Below, piece after piece: positions 29,321 to 39,654 of a stretch of 64,000 nt of DNA. The stretch is from an uncultured Cytophagales bacterium (GTDB lineage Bacteria; Bacteroidota; Bacteroidia; Cytophagales; JAAEPT01). Each line of letters starts with the position of its first letter. Position 1 is the first letter of the stretch. The notes beneath the pieces were generated by a model, which worked only from the letters and a program-made list of their open reading frames with translations, had not been told where the DNA came from and did not search any database. Made by a program: the position numbers and the translations under genes. The DNA lies in assembly GCA_964511645.1 (NCBI GenBank), contig CAZEGV010000002.1, positions 2,689-66,688 on the forward strand, read 5' to 3'.

Positions 29321-31120
29321 TTATAATGAAGATGAATATTGTGCTTTTACTTGGTAGATGGTATTTGGAGAAACTTTAATTGTATTTTTCGTGCTCTTTT
29401 CATCTATTGAATATAAGTATTTTTGTTGCTGAACTGTAAAGAATATTCCCCCTTCCTTACCCTTTTTGTAAGGATGTTTCCCATTGTCAAAAAGGGCATG
29501 CCGTACCAGGTATGGATTGAGAGTGTATTTATTGAAATTCTTCTTAACTCGAATAGGGATGTATGAAATGCTACCGCTGTTGTTGATGATAATGTATTCC
29601 TCTTGTGTTGTTCTTACACTTATTATTTGATTTTTTTTAGTTTTAATATGAACTTCAATAGTTCTTATGCCTGTATAGGTAATGATACTTAGACTAAGCA
29701 ATATGAAATATTTATATCTTTTTTTTCGAAAGAAAAAATAAAAAGAAATCATTATGAACATAAGAAAAAGAGCATCCAAATGTGAAAAAGGAATGTGTTC
29801 TAAATTAGCAAAAGAAAAAGAACCTAAAATTTTCAAATAAAAGACTTGGGAATAAATAAAAGCATCAACAATAGGAGCAAATAAAGAAGGGGTAATTAAA
29901 AAAAATAATCCAAAAAAAACGATAAGAAAAGTATATGGAATCATAAACAAGTTAGAAATAATTGTTAAAAAAGAATAACTATGCATATACATTAATACTA
30001 AGGGTACTACGAAAAACTGCACGGAGATACTGACGACAATTATATCCATGAAATAACGCTTAAGCTTAGGGAAGTGGGAGTAATAAGATTGGAATAAAGG
30101 GACAAATAGTATGATGCTTAACACTGAGCCAAAAGAGAATTGAAATCCAACATCAAAAACTATAAAAGGATTGATTGCTAACATAGTCAAGGCAGTTGCT
30201 AGTAAGGCATATTCTACGGGTTGATCTCTTTTTATTATTGTACCAACTTGCACTAAAGTAAGCATGATCGCCGCTCGAACTACTGAAATTGAAAAACCAG
30301 TAATTGCTGTAAATAGCCAAATTCCGATTATTGATAATATGATTAAACGGCGTTTTTTTTGAGTAAAAATACTAAATACCCAAAAGACAATACCAACGTG
30401 TAATCCAGATACCGCCATAACATGTAACGTGCCTGTTTGAGCAAAGTCATGATGAATAGAAGTCGGCACTTCTGACCGTAGCCCTAGTAGTAGTGCTTTT
30501 AGAATAGTGTTATGAGGTTTGGGTAAATGATTGTCTATGCGGTGAGCTAGAGTATGCCTAAAAGCATATATTTTGGAAAGGAATATTGAGCTAGGTTGAT
30601 TAGAAGTAATAGTATAGCTTTTCGTACTATAATAACGATGATATTTAATTTCTTTTAACCATAAATAACGTTGGTAATCAAAGAATGCTTTTAGCAATGG
30701 GGGCTCTAGTTCTTCTGGGGAGAATGAGGTTTTTATAATGTCTCCGTAATGTATTGGTTCCTTGCTTTCTAGGTATAATCGTACTTTAATATTATTAAGT
30801 AAAGCATCACAACTATATCCGTAATCTTTGGGAGTGGGGTCGCTATTTACTTTCAAATAATAATACTGTTGTTTTTGTATAGATTGACTTTCAATAACAC
30901 CTCTTTTGTATGAAATATTGATGCCACCTAATAAGGTGACAAGTAATAAGGCAAGTATAGAGGCTGTATTTCTTTTGTTTTTAATGAATAATAAAACTGA
31001 AACAAATAGAAGAAACAGTGTAGTAACAATTAAAATTGGTACAGGTATTGAATAAAAGAAGAAAATAAGTATCCCAATGAGGTAAGAAATTGTTCCTTTA
31101 ATCAATAATGGGATTTTCAT
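29321..31120 (-). CDS. ComEC/Rec2-family membrane protein (no metallo-beta-lactamase domain)
   Basis: DUF4131-like N-terminus and polytopic competence domain (HVMAVSGLHVG). At 599 aa it is too short for the C-terminal MBL module. Confidence 0.7.
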   Translation of the reverse strand: MKIPLLIKGTISYLIGILIFFFYSIPVPILIVTTLFLLFVSVLLFIKNKRNTASILALLLVTLLGGINISYKRGVIESQSIQKQQYYYLKVNSDPTPKDYGYSCDALLNNIKVRLYLESKEPIHYGDIIKTSFSPEELEPPLLKAFFDYQRYLWLKEIKYHRYYSTKSYTITSNQPSSIFLSKIYAFRHTLAHRIDNHLPKPHNTILKALLLGLRSEVPTSIHHDFAQTGTLHVMAVSGLHVGIVFWVFSIFTQKKRRLIILSIIGIWLFTAITGFSISVVRAAIMLTLVQVGTIIKRDQPVEYALLATALTMLAINPFIVFDVGFQFSFGSVLSIILFVPLFQSYYSHFPKLKRYFMDIIVVSISVQFFVVPLVLMYMHSYSFLTIISNLFMIPYTFLIVFFGLFFLITPSLFAPIVDAFIYSQVFYLKILGSFSFANLEHIPFSHLDALFLMFIMISFYFFFRKKRYKYFILLSLSIITYTGIRTIEVHIKTKKNQIISVRTTQEEYIIINNSGSISYIPIRVKKNFNKYTLNPYLVRHALFDNGKHPYKKGKEGGIFFTVQQQKYLYSIDEKSTKNTIKVSPNTIYQVKAQYSSSL

Positions 31121-31129
31121 GGTCTAAAC

Positions 31130-33679
31130 TTATTGATTATACCATTTGGACGTTACTTCGCCTTTAGTCGTGAAATCTTTTGAAAACCGAACAGTTACTG
31201 ACTTGCTTTCTTGGGGTAATAAAGAGAAGTAATTATCTGACCAATGAATAGGTAGTATTTTTTCATCAATAGCTAATTCTACAAATAGAGCTATCGCATT
31301 TCCTGTGTTTTTGATTTCATAGGTGATAATGGTTTCATCCTCAGGTGATTTAAGGCTTGTTTGTTTCGTTATTAATGTTGTACTCGGCACCTTGTTTAGG
31401 TAGTTAAAATTAGCATGCTGTGTAGTAGGAGTATAAATCCAAGTGGCTTGATCATCATTTGCCATTTTATCCATTTTATCAGACAGCCAATAGAAATTGT
31501 CAGACACTAGACTATCTCCTTTGTAGAGATATAGTTTTACAAAATAGCCTCCTTTAATTCGAGTAATTGGTTTTTTAAATGCTCGTTCACTTGTATAAGT
31601 TTGCATTGTTAAGATAGCTTCTTGATGACTTACTTTTTCAGAATTGACGTTGTATACGTCGCATACGGCTCTTAGTTTTTCTGATTGTAAACTTTCGTTA
31701 GAAATATAAATATTTTCATCTCCATAGTTATAAATAATATGTAAAGGACTATTGGCCTTTTTTGCACCATAATATGCACCAGTAGGGTTGAGATAATAAT
31801 CATATAATTGCCAATAGGTTTCTGGCCAAGCAGAGTTAAGCATCCATTGTACAACTCCTGTTGCTTTGGGTTTATTCACCACAAAGGCTTCAAACATTGG
31901 TCGCATTAGCTCATAATTTTGAACTTGTGCTAAATAGGCAAATTCTTCGATAGAAGTAGGTTTTTTGTATCGAGCATATAATGGGTCGAGGTATTTTTGC
32001 ATAGTTTCAAAAGCATGACGACCATTGTGATATTTCCATACGCCACTTTCTAATGGCCATAGAGAGTCCGAAGGGATCATTTTTTTGATACTACTTAAGT
32101 TGGGAGGTTGAGGTCCAGGTCCGGTCTCTGTATTGAATCCATAAGCTCCACCATTTTGAGTATCGGTATACCAATAAATAGGCGGGACATAGTCATAAGG
32201 TCCGTACATCTTTACCCCCGTAGGGCCAGTTACTTTACTGGTATGTGTTTTTGCCGCACCACAGTATAAGGCCCCTTTGTTTTCTTCTTCAATAATTGAA
32301 AGATATTTTCTTTCTAATGCTTCTGGGTGTAAACGGTCACTTCCACCAGTCCACAGAAACACACTAGGATGATTCCGTAACCACTTTGTCATATCATTAA
32401 AATAATCAGCGATAAGGTCTATTTCTTTGTCGGTATTAATTGCACCTCCTATACAAGTGTCGCAATCATCAAAATATTCTCCGCCTATATATTCATTCCA
32501 TTCCCACTGGCAGCTAAAGCCAACCATTGCTAATAGCCCATGTTTATCACATAAGTCATAAATTTCTTGAGAAGTCCCCCAAAAACCTTCAAACCTGACA
32601 GTGTTTAAGCCCATTTCTTTACAATAAATTAGTTGATTTTCATTGTATGCCGTAGAATTGTTTAAAAACAAATCATCTACCCATCCTCCTCCTTTAATCA
32701 TAATAGGTTTACCGTTGATTTTATAACCACGATGTCCTTCAGGAGTAAAGTATTCTTCTACTTTTCTGATTCCAAAAGTAAGCTCTTCTGTATCGCTTAT
32801 TTTATCATCAATAACAAATGATACTTTAGCTTGATACAGCTCAGGAGAGCCGTAGGTATGCGTCCACCATAAACGAGGTTTTTGTATAGTTAATGCTTTA
32901 AACTCTTGAGGAGACAACTTGATTTTTGTATTTGAAGAAGCTTTCAAATTCACTTCCTTTTTGATCTTTATATTTTCAATTTCAATTATAACTACTCCGT
33001 TTATCTCTTTACCAGAATTATTACTCAGTTCGGTACTGAGATATAAATCAGCTTGATTTATATCTAGGTTTAAGTCTGATCGGATAAAGGTATTAGATAC
33101 ATTGACTTCATCTACAAACTCTAAAGTTACAGGTCTCCATATTCCCATGTTTTTATCTTGTGGCTCTGGTGCCCAATCCACAAATCCTATTGTAAAATCT
33201 CCTGCTTTAGGTGGGAATACTTCTACTCGAAGTTTATTGTTTTTTTCTAATTGAGGCAATGTGAATGTATAAGTTTTAAATACTCCAATGACTTCGTTTG
33301 TGTCTGCTATTAACTTATTATTTAGCCATATATTGGCTTTATAGTTAATGCCTTCAAAATTTAGGATGCCTTTTTGGTTGATTTTGGTATCGTCTATGGA
33401 AAAATTTTTAGTGTATATCCACGAAGACTTAAAAAGAGTGTCAGAGACTTTTGATAAGTTTGTACCCATAAAAACATCACCAAACAAACCTTGTTCTACC
33501 AATGCTCCTAAGACAGTTCCCGGTACTTTGGCTTTGTGTTTTTGATTGGGATATTTACTAGAAGTCATTTCCCATTGAGACTCATCAAAAGAGGAGTATT
33601 CACTTTTCTGAATTGAAAAAGAAGAAGAGTTGAGTAAAAAGAAACTAGTAAGAATTAAAATGTTGAGTGCTTTTTCCAT
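31130..33679 (-). CDS. Secreted glycoside hydrolase family 2 (beta-mannosidase/exo-glucosaminidase-like)
   Basis: Signal peptide, GH2 sugar-binding, Ig-like and TIM-barrel order; NTVRFEGFWG-type region; 849 aa. Confidence 0.7.
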   Translation of the reverse strand: MEKALNILILTSFFLLNSSSFSIQKSEYSSFDESQWEMTSSKYPNQKHKAKVPGTVLGALVEQGLFGDVFMGTNLSKVSDTLFKSSWIYTKNFSIDDTKINQKGILNFEGINYKANIWLNNKLIADTNEVIGVFKTYTFTLPQLEKNNKLRVEVFPPKAGDFTIGFVDWAPEPQDKNMGIWRPVTLEFVDEVNVSNTFIRSDLNLDINQADLYLSTELSNNSGKEINGVVIIEIENIKIKKEVNLKASSNTKIKLSPQEFKALTIQKPRLWWTHTYGSPELYQAKVSFVIDDKISDTEELTFGIRKVEEYFTPEGHRGYKINGKPIMIKGGGWVDDLFLNNSTAYNENQLIYCKEMGLNTVRFEGFWGTSQEIYDLCDKHGLLAMVGFSCQWEWNEYIGGEYFDDCDTCIGGAINTDKEIDLIADYFNDMTKWLRNHPSVFLWTGGSDRLHPEALERKYLSIIEEENKGALYCGAAKTHTSKVTGPTGVKMYGPYDYVPPIYWYTDTQNGGAYGFNTETGPGPQPPNLSSIKKMIPSDSLWPLESGVWKYHNGRHAFETMQKYLDPLYARYKKPTSIEEFAYLAQVQNYELMRPMFEAFVVNKPKATGVVQWMLNSAWPETYWQLYDYYLNPTGAYYGAKKANSPLHIIYNYGDENIYISNESLQSEKLRAVCDVYNVNSEKVSHQEAILTMQTYTSERAFKKPITRIKGGYFVKLYLYKGDSLVSDNFYWLSDKMDKMANDDQATWIYTPTTQHANFNYLNKVPSTTLITKQTSLKSPEDETIITYEIKNTGNAIALFVELAIDEKILPIHWSDNYFSLLPQESKSVTVRFSKDFTTKGEVTSKWYNQ

Positions 33680-33742
33680 AATTTTAGAGAAGTATTAAAG
33701 AGAATCGAACAGTCAATTTAACAAAACCAATTTAATATTACA

Positions 33743-34132
33743 TTGAGAACGCTTATTTTATATTCTATTTTTTTTAGTTTATTTTTTATTTCGGCCTGTA
33801 GAAGCACTGGTATTAGAGAACGTCCTTTTTTTGTAGATGATTGGTTTGTCTCTATACAAGGGATGCCTAAGGATAGTGGATATATGCTCACATTTACTTC
33901 AGAAAAATGGAATGATGTCATTGGAAATAGCTCGACATGGAATATAGTTGGAGATACTCTTATTTTGGATGATTTTTCAGAAACTAGAGAGAGTAAAAAT
34001 GAAAAAAATTATATTCGTAGTAAAAGCATGAAATATTTACTTAAAAATTATACGGATAATTCTTTTGAAGCCATTCCTCGTTTCGAAGAAAAAATGGATA
34101 GCTATATTACTCTTCTTTTTGAGAAGAATTAA
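33743..34132 (+). CDS. Small hypothetical lipoprotein
   Basis: TTG start, lipobox FFISAC; overlaps the convergent gene by 26 nt. Confidence 0.4.
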   Translation: MRTLILYSIFFSLFFISACRSTGIRERPFFVDDWFVSIQGMPKDSGYMLTFTSEKWNDVIGNSSTWNIVGDTLILDDFSETRESKNEKNYIRSKSMKYLLKNYTDNSFEAIPRFEEKMDSYITLLFEKN

Positions 34133-35198
34133 TTAGTCCCATTTTTTTAGCTCTTTTTCCCCACTTTTGGCGAGCAAAACTTTGTAAGTCAGAAACGGTG
34201 TCCGTCTCATCCATGATTTCGAGACCTAGTAAAGTCTCGATAATATCTTCTAAAGTTACTAAACCAGCAACGCCTCCATACTCATCTACAACTATAGCTA
34301 TGTGTTCTCTTTTGTCATTTAATTGTTTAAAAACTGTACGTAAAGACTCTTCTTTTGATACAAAAGAAATTTTACGTTTGACTGATTTTAAAGAGTCCTT
34401 ATCTTGTTGTTGTATCAAGCCTTCTAACACGTCATCTTTTAGTAATACACCAGTTATAATGTCTTGATTTTCATCATATAGAGGGATTCTAGAAAACCTA
34501 AAGGGTTTGTTTTTTTTGTAAAAATCACGTAAATTTTGATTTTCATTTGCCGTAATCATCACAGTCCTTGGAGTCATTACATCCTTTGCTAATAGTTCGT
34601 CAAATTTAAGTACATTTTTGATAAGTGTACTGTCATCTTTAGCAATTGCCCCACTTTCAGAAACTACATCTGTCATTGCCATGAAATCCTGCTTACTGAA
34701 AATACTTTTGTTTTTGTCTTTTTTTAGCATTTTAGTTAATAAGCCACTGACCCAAACAAATGGTGTTAGTACCCAAAGTAATACTTTAAGACTTCTAGCG
34801 GTAATTGGTGCTAAAGATTTCCAATTATTAGCACCAATGGTTTTAGGAAAAATCTCTGAGATAAACAATATAGCCAATGTCATAATCGTTGCCACAAGAG
34901 ACTCGTAAGAAAGATGAAAACCAAACATGTTGATATTTTGTGTACCAAACAGATGTCCCGCTTGAGCACCTACGCCGATTGCTCCTACGGTATGAGCAAC
35001 AGTGTTGAGGGTAAGGATGGCAGATAGAGGTTTGTCTATGTCTTTTTTAAGTGAAGCAATTAGTTTTCCCGTACTTGGGTCTTCTTGTTCTTTTCTTTTT
35101 ACATAAGAAGGCGTAATACTTAGTAACACCGCTTCCCATATTGAGCATAGGAATGAAAATGTAATAGATAGTAAAAAAAAACCGATTAATAATGTCAT
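34107..35198 (-). CDS. CNNM (DUF21)-CBS pair transporter, CorB/HlyC-like, lacking the CorC_HlyC tail
   Basis: Four N-terminal TM helices, then a tandem CBS pair (DVMTPR...); 363 aa. Confidence 0.75.
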   Translation of the reverse strand: MTLLIGFFLLSITFSFLCSIWEAVLLSITPSYVKRKEQEDPSTGKLIASLKKDIDKPLSAILTLNTVAHTVGAIGVGAQAGHLFGTQNINMFGFHLSYESLVATIMTLAILFISEIFPKTIGANNWKSLAPITARSLKVLLWVLTPFVWVSGLLTKMLKKDKNKSIFSKQDFMAMTDVVSESGAIAKDDSTLIKNVLKFDELLAKDVMTPRTVMITANENQNLRDFYKKNKPFRFSRIPLYDENQDIITGVLLKDDVLEGLIQQQDKDSLKSVKRKISFVSKEESLRTVFKQLNDKREHIAIVVDEYGGVAGLVTLEDIIETLLGLEIMDETDTVSDLQSFARQKWGKRAKKMGLINSSQKEE

Positions 35199-35221
35199 AA
35201 TATTAGATTGTTATTTATAAT

Positions 35222-35250
35222 AAAAAAGGCAACATAATAGAATGTTGCCT
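35222..35250 (-). terminator. Intrinsic terminator
   Basis: Minus strand reads GGCAACA-ttctatta-TGTTGCC followed by TTTTTTATT, downstream of the gene ending at 35277. Confidence 0.7.
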
Positions 35251-35276
35251 TCGGTGAATATTTTTCGGGAAAAGTG

Positions 35277-36146
35277 TTAAAATTTTGCTCTCCCATGTTC
35301 TGATCGATGAAAGGTGTATTCCATTCCTATCAGTACCCCATGGGTAGACAATCTAGAATTTTGTCTTTTTTCATCAAATCGATCGTAAATACCTCTTTTT
35401 TCTACAGAAGTCCAGTTAGGGTCTTTGTTCCAGAAGTAAGCATCCGCCTTATCGATAGAAGTTACACTCCAATCCCCATAAGCAGTAAAGGTAAGATTCA
35501 TGAATCTAGAGAGATGATATTCTATGCCCATTCCTGCAGCAATTTCTAGGTTAAATCTTTTGTAATAAGCATAACTATGCCCACCTCCGGTCTCTTCTTC
35601 TGGCAGGTCGTAATAATCTCCGTCTGGAGAAAATCGCCATGTCACAAGACCTCCTCTAGAGCTTAATAAGCGAGTTATTTGCGGTCCTACGAACCATATG
35701 AAGCTCATTTTTTTAGAATGAAAGAATGGACGACTACGTTGTATATATACCCCCGTTTTTAAGTATTTTAAATTTTTAGTTCCTGTTTGGTCTGGATAAG
35801 ATTCACCATTAATGACAAGATTAGTAGATGTGAATTTTTGCTTGTGGTGAGAATACATAGCACCAGCACGTATTGCCCATCTCCCAACATTCATGTGCGA
35901 AAATCTCCCACCTGTCATTTTATTCCCTGTCTGCTTTCCTTTTAAGAAGTGTGTAAAGTAAGCACCTGCTCCCCATGAGAAAGTCAATTCATGAGAGTAA
36001 ACATCTCCAGCTGTTTTATTTGCAAGATTATGCACCGCAGTGTTAGACCCCATCAAGTATCCGCCAATCTTATTAGAACGTCCGTTTTGAGAAAAAAGGG
36101 ATGTACAAATGAGTATCGATAAGGAAAGAATTAATTCTTTTTTCAT
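35277..36146 (-). CDS. Outer-membrane beta-barrel (porin-family) protein
   Basis: Signal peptide, alternating aromatic/Gly beta-strand pattern, C-terminal Phe. Confidence 0.55.
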   Translation of the reverse strand: MKKELILSLSILICTSLFSQNGRSNKIGGYLMGSNTAVHNLANKTAGDVYSHELTFSWGAGAYFTHFLKGKQTGNKMTGGRFSHMNVGRWAIRAGAMYSHHKQKFTSTNLVINGESYPDQTGTKNLKYLKTGVYIQRSRPFFHSKKMSFIWFVGPQITRLLSSRGGLVTWRFSPDGDYYDLPEEETGGGHSYAYYKRFNLEIAAGMGIEYHLSRFMNLTFTAYGDWSVTSIDKADAYFWNKDPNWTSVEKRGIYDRFDEKRQNSRLSTHGVLIGMEYTFHRSEHGRAKF

Positions 36147-36224
36147 AGCTATTCAATTTAATCCCCTAATATACAAAGTATTATTTAATTGTAGCGTAAT
36201 TTAGACTAATATAAGTCTTCTGAC

Positions 36225-37868
36225 TTACTCTTTTTTAAGTAGAAAGTTGTATTTCTTAATGTCTGAAAGTAACTCTACAGCTTTTAAAATGTCTTTGTCA
36301 TCATCAAAAGTGGCTTCTATTAACCCTTTTTGGTAATAATATCGTGTGATAATTTCACGCTTTATGACCTTTATTATTTCTTTTTTGAATTCTACTAGGT
36401 CATTATTTTTTTCGATTTTTATTTTTTCTTCGAAAGCAACGATTTCTTTTGAGAAGTCAAATAATTTGTTCTTTGATACGTCAGCTTTAAATTTGTCTAG
36501 TGAATTTTCTGCGGGAATTTTGTAACTGTAGTCTTGTGTTTTTAGCCAGTGAATAAAATCATTATATTCAATAAATTTGTATTTTTTTAAATCTCCAATT
36601 GAGTCATGTTGGTAATAATAAGTGGTGGCGTAATCAAAAATCAAATCCTGACTAATTAATGCGGATAGTATCGCAGAAGGTTTTTCTTTTTTTATTTTGA
36701 CGTCTGGTGTAAGTCCTGCACCATCATATACGAGTCTTCCTGCTTTGGTTTTGTAGGGAGTAAGTAAGCTATCTGGAAGTTTTTTGGCTGTGCCATCTTT
36801 TGTTCTGTTGCCATAGTCTATTGCTTGTATGCACCTTCCGCTTGGGATATAATATTTGGCGGTAGTGATTTTTACTTTAGACTGGTAAGAAATATCTTTT
36901 ACAGACTGTACCAAGCCCTTTCCGAAACTTTTGCTACCAACTAATACTCCTCGGTCATAGTCCTGCAATACTCCTGCTACAATCTCTGATGCAGAGGCAC
37001 TACGCCCATTGGTTAGTACCACAATAGGAGCGTCCGGTAAGATAGGAGAGGTTCTAGTCTTAAATGTTTCATTCCATTGCTCTACTTTACCTCTTGTGCT
37101 GACAGCTTCGCTTCCTTTCGGAACGAATAGCCCAGCTATATTGATCGCCTCATTGAGTAATCCCCCTCCATTACCTCTTAGGTCAAACACGAATTTCGTA
37201 GCTCCTTCAGCTTGTAATTCTTTGATAGCATTCGCCACATTTTCAGAGGCTTTTCTTGTGAATTTACTTAGTTTAAAATAACCGATTTCATCATTAATCA
37301 TTCCGTAATAAGGAACGTTTTCTATGGTTACTTTTTCTCTTGTAAGGCTGAGATTTATGAGGGTTTCTTGGGCGTAACGTTTTACTTTTAATTGTAATTC
37401 CGTGCCTGCTTGCCCTTTTAATAATTTACTTATTTCGTTAGAGTTTTTTCCTTTTGTACTTTTCCCACTAATCTCTACAATTTCATCTCCGATTTTTAAT
37501 CCCGCTTTATAGGCTGGAAACCCCTTATAAGGCATTAATACCAATATACGCTCTTTACGAGTGCCGATAATCGCACCAATTCCACCGTACTCTCCAGAAG
37601 ATATTGTTCTAAAGTCTTCTATGTCGTCTTCGGGAATATAGACTGTATATGGGTCTAAAGATTCTAGCATTGCATCAATTCCGATTTTCATCAAACGGTT
37701 TGGCTCTAATTCATCTACATAGTATCGATTTACCTCTGCGTATACAGAAGATAGGATTTCCATGTTTTTAGAAATTTGAAAATATCGTGAAGATGGCGTA
37801 TCTGCTGAAATTAAGGTCAGCGTCAAGAAACAAATAATTGCTCCCCAAGTTAAATTTTTCTTAATCAT
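36225..37868 (-). CDS. S41 family C-terminal processing (tail-specific) peptidase
   Basis: PDZ segment (GLKIGDEIVEISG), catalytic GRSASASEIVAG, and a downstream Lys region. Confidence 0.85.
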   Translation of the reverse strand: MIKKNLTWGAIICFLTLTLISADTPSSRYFQISKNMEILSSVYAEVNRYYVDELEPNRLMKIGIDAMLESLDPYTVYIPEDDIEDFRTISSGEYGGIGAIIGTRKERILVLMPYKGFPAYKAGLKIGDEIVEISGKSTKGKNSNEISKLLKGQAGTELQLKVKRYAQETLINLSLTREKVTIENVPYYGMINDEIGYFKLSKFTRKASENVANAIKELQAEGATKFVFDLRGNGGGLLNEAINIAGLFVPKGSEAVSTRGKVEQWNETFKTRTSPILPDAPIVVLTNGRSASASEIVAGVLQDYDRGVLVGSKSFGKGLVQSVKDISYQSKVKITTAKYYIPSGRCIQAIDYGNRTKDGTAKKLPDSLLTPYKTKAGRLVYDGAGLTPDVKIKKEKPSAILSALISQDLIFDYATTYYYQHDSIGDLKKYKFIEYNDFIHWLKTQDYSYKIPAENSLDKFKADVSKNKLFDFSKEIVAFEEKIKIEKNNDLVEFKKEIIKVIKREIITRYYYQKGLIEATFDDDKDILKAVELLSDIKKYNFLLKKE

Positions 37869-38235
37869 TACGTTCGTTTTGAATACGTTGTAAGATGGAA
37901 GATAGCTTTTTTTGAATCAATTCAAAGGAATTAATCTCTTTTCCGATATAAATAAAAGCAATATGTAAAGACTTGCCTTCTTGTAATAAAAAATGTTTAC
38001 TCAGTCTATAAGCTTCTCTTGTTCGTCTTTTTATGATATTCCTGTCTACAGCTCGTTTGTAAAATCGCTTAGAAACGGTAATCAAAACAGAATGATTTGA
38101 TTCGTGTTCTTGTGTTAGAATTTTAACTCTAAATGGGTATAAACTAAAAGAGGAACCCTTTTCAAAGAGTTCCTGAATTGCTTTTTCGCTAGATAAACGT
38201 TCGTGCTTACTAAATGAATGCTGTGACATATGCAT
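37861..38235 (-). CDS. rnpA: Ribonuclease P protein component
   Basis: Basic 124-aa protein (KR.V.RN..KRR.RE) directly downstream of rpmH. Confidence 0.8.
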   Translation of the reverse strand: MHMSQHSFSKHERLSSEKAIQELFEKGSSFSLYPFRVKILTQEHESNHSVLITVSKRFYKRAVDRNIIKRRTREAYRLSKHFLLQEGKSLHIAFIYIGKEINSFELIQKKLSSILQRIQNERND

Positions 38236-38258
38236 CCTCTTAATAGGCTAAAAACAAT

Positions 38259-38414
38259 TTATTTAACAAATTTCTCGCTAGAAACAGTTAATTTTTTTCT
38301 ACCTTTTGCACGTCTTCTTGCAAGTACAGCTCTACCATTTTTAGAGGCCATTCTTTCTTTAAAACCGTGCTTGTTAACTCTTTTTCTATTCGAAGGTTGG
38401 TATGTTCTTTTCAT
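38259..38414 (-). CDS. rpmH: 50S ribosomal protein L34
   Basis: My own translation is [51 protein letters not shown] (51 aa). It is below the ORF-track length cutoff. Confidence 0.92.
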   Translation of the reverse strand: MKRTYQPSNRKRVNKHGFKERMASKNGRAVLARRRAKGRKKLTVSSEKFVK

Positions 38415-38446
38415 TTTTTAGTCGTTCTTTACTTTGAAACGGGTTG

Positions 38447-38454
38447 CAAACTTA
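38447..38454 (-). promoter_or_regulatory. Candidate -7 box TAAGTTTG (TAnnTTTG) for rpmH-rnpA
   Basis: Minus-strand motif 33 nt upstream of the rpmH ATG; the -33 element is not clear. Confidence 0.35.
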
Positions 38455-38501
38455 ACATTTCTTTTCTTCTTTTAAAAGATTAAACTAAAAAAACGTTTAG
38501 A

Positions 38502-39581
38502 TTAATCCTGAGCACTAAATATTTTACCTTCTTCTACTCCAAAATCAGCTTCTACCTTGAGCCTAGCCTCTATGTTGGAAACAAGGATGATATAATCGCC
38601 TTTTCGGATAATGGTTTCTTCTGATGGATTTTTGTACAAAATCCATTTTCCTTTTTGTTGTTTTACCGCACCCATAAATATAGCATCGTATTTTTTTTTC
38701 ATATTCATAAAGACAAATACACAATCTTTATCTTTATATGGGTTAGATTCTAATACTAAAAATTGTTGCATATCAAAATCTAGAGTAGGGTGTACGGCAG
38801 CCTCCATGATGTCTTCAGTAAAGGCTGCTACTTCTGGCTCATAAATAAAACTAGCAACTAATTTTGACGATAAGTCATTTTTGGAAACTATATAGTCTAC
38901 ACCAGCATTATGAAAAGTGTTTTTAAGGTTACTGTTATTTATCGTTACAATAAGACTTTTTTCTGGGTGAACATTTTTGATGTTCAACATATATACCAAG
39001 GTTTCTGTATCGTCGTTAAAATTAATAAATATAGAAGCAGCTTTATCAATATTGACCTTGTTGAGGCTTTCCATATTATGATAGTCTGCAAATAGTACAA
39101 AAACATTTTTATTGTCTGGGTAAATCCCATTGATTGAATCTACATTGTTTTTGTTGTTAGTAACAATTGCTACTTTGGAATTTGCATTTAGTAATTGATT
39201 AGCTACCAATCTACCAAAGTCATTCCAACCAATAATAATAGTATGGTTTTTAAATTTAGTTCCGTTTAATCCTAGCTTCTTGTCTTCCATATATTGATTT
39301 GCCGTGTTACTAATATTACCGATGATATAACCGATTACCCCTACGCTACCTAATAACAAGATAAACCCTATTATCTTGCCACCTGTTGTTATGGGGTAGT
39401 AATCCCCATAACCAACAGTAGTTAATGTCACTACCGAATACCATATTGCATCTCCTAAGCCTTTGATGGAAGCCCCTTTGGCGTGACTCTCTAGGTAGGA
39501 TAGCAATAGCATTAACATTACATAGAAGCCAAGGGCGAGTAAAATGTATAGTCGGGTTCTTCTTTTTGAATAAGATGCCAT
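38502..39581 (-). CDS. Potassium channel with RCK/TrkA-N domain
   Basis: Selectivity filter TTVGYGD between two TM helices; NAD-binding-like IIIGWNDFG. Confidence 0.82.
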   Translation of the reverse strand: MASYSKRRTRLYILLALGFYVMLMLLLSYLESHAKGASIKGLGDAIWYSVVTLTTVGYGDYYPITTGGKIIGFILLLGSVGVIGYIIGNISNTANQYMEDKKLGLNGTKFKNHTIIIGWNDFGRLVANQLLNANSKVAIVTNNKNNVDSINGIYPDNKNVFVLFADYHNMESLNKVNIDKAASIFINFNDDTETLVYMLNIKNVHPEKSLIVTINNSNLKNTFHNAGVDYIVSKNDLSSKLVASFIYEPEVAAFTEDIMEAAVHPTLDFDMQQFLVLESNPYKDKDCVFVFMNMKKKYDAIFMGAVKQQKGKWILYKNPSEETIIRKGDYIILVSNIEARLKVEADFGVEEGKIFSAQD

Positions 39582-39654
39582 TAACTGTGTAAAGTTTCCT
39601 TTTTTTGTTTAAAATAGCATATATTTAGATGATTCACACTAAACAGATAAAAAA

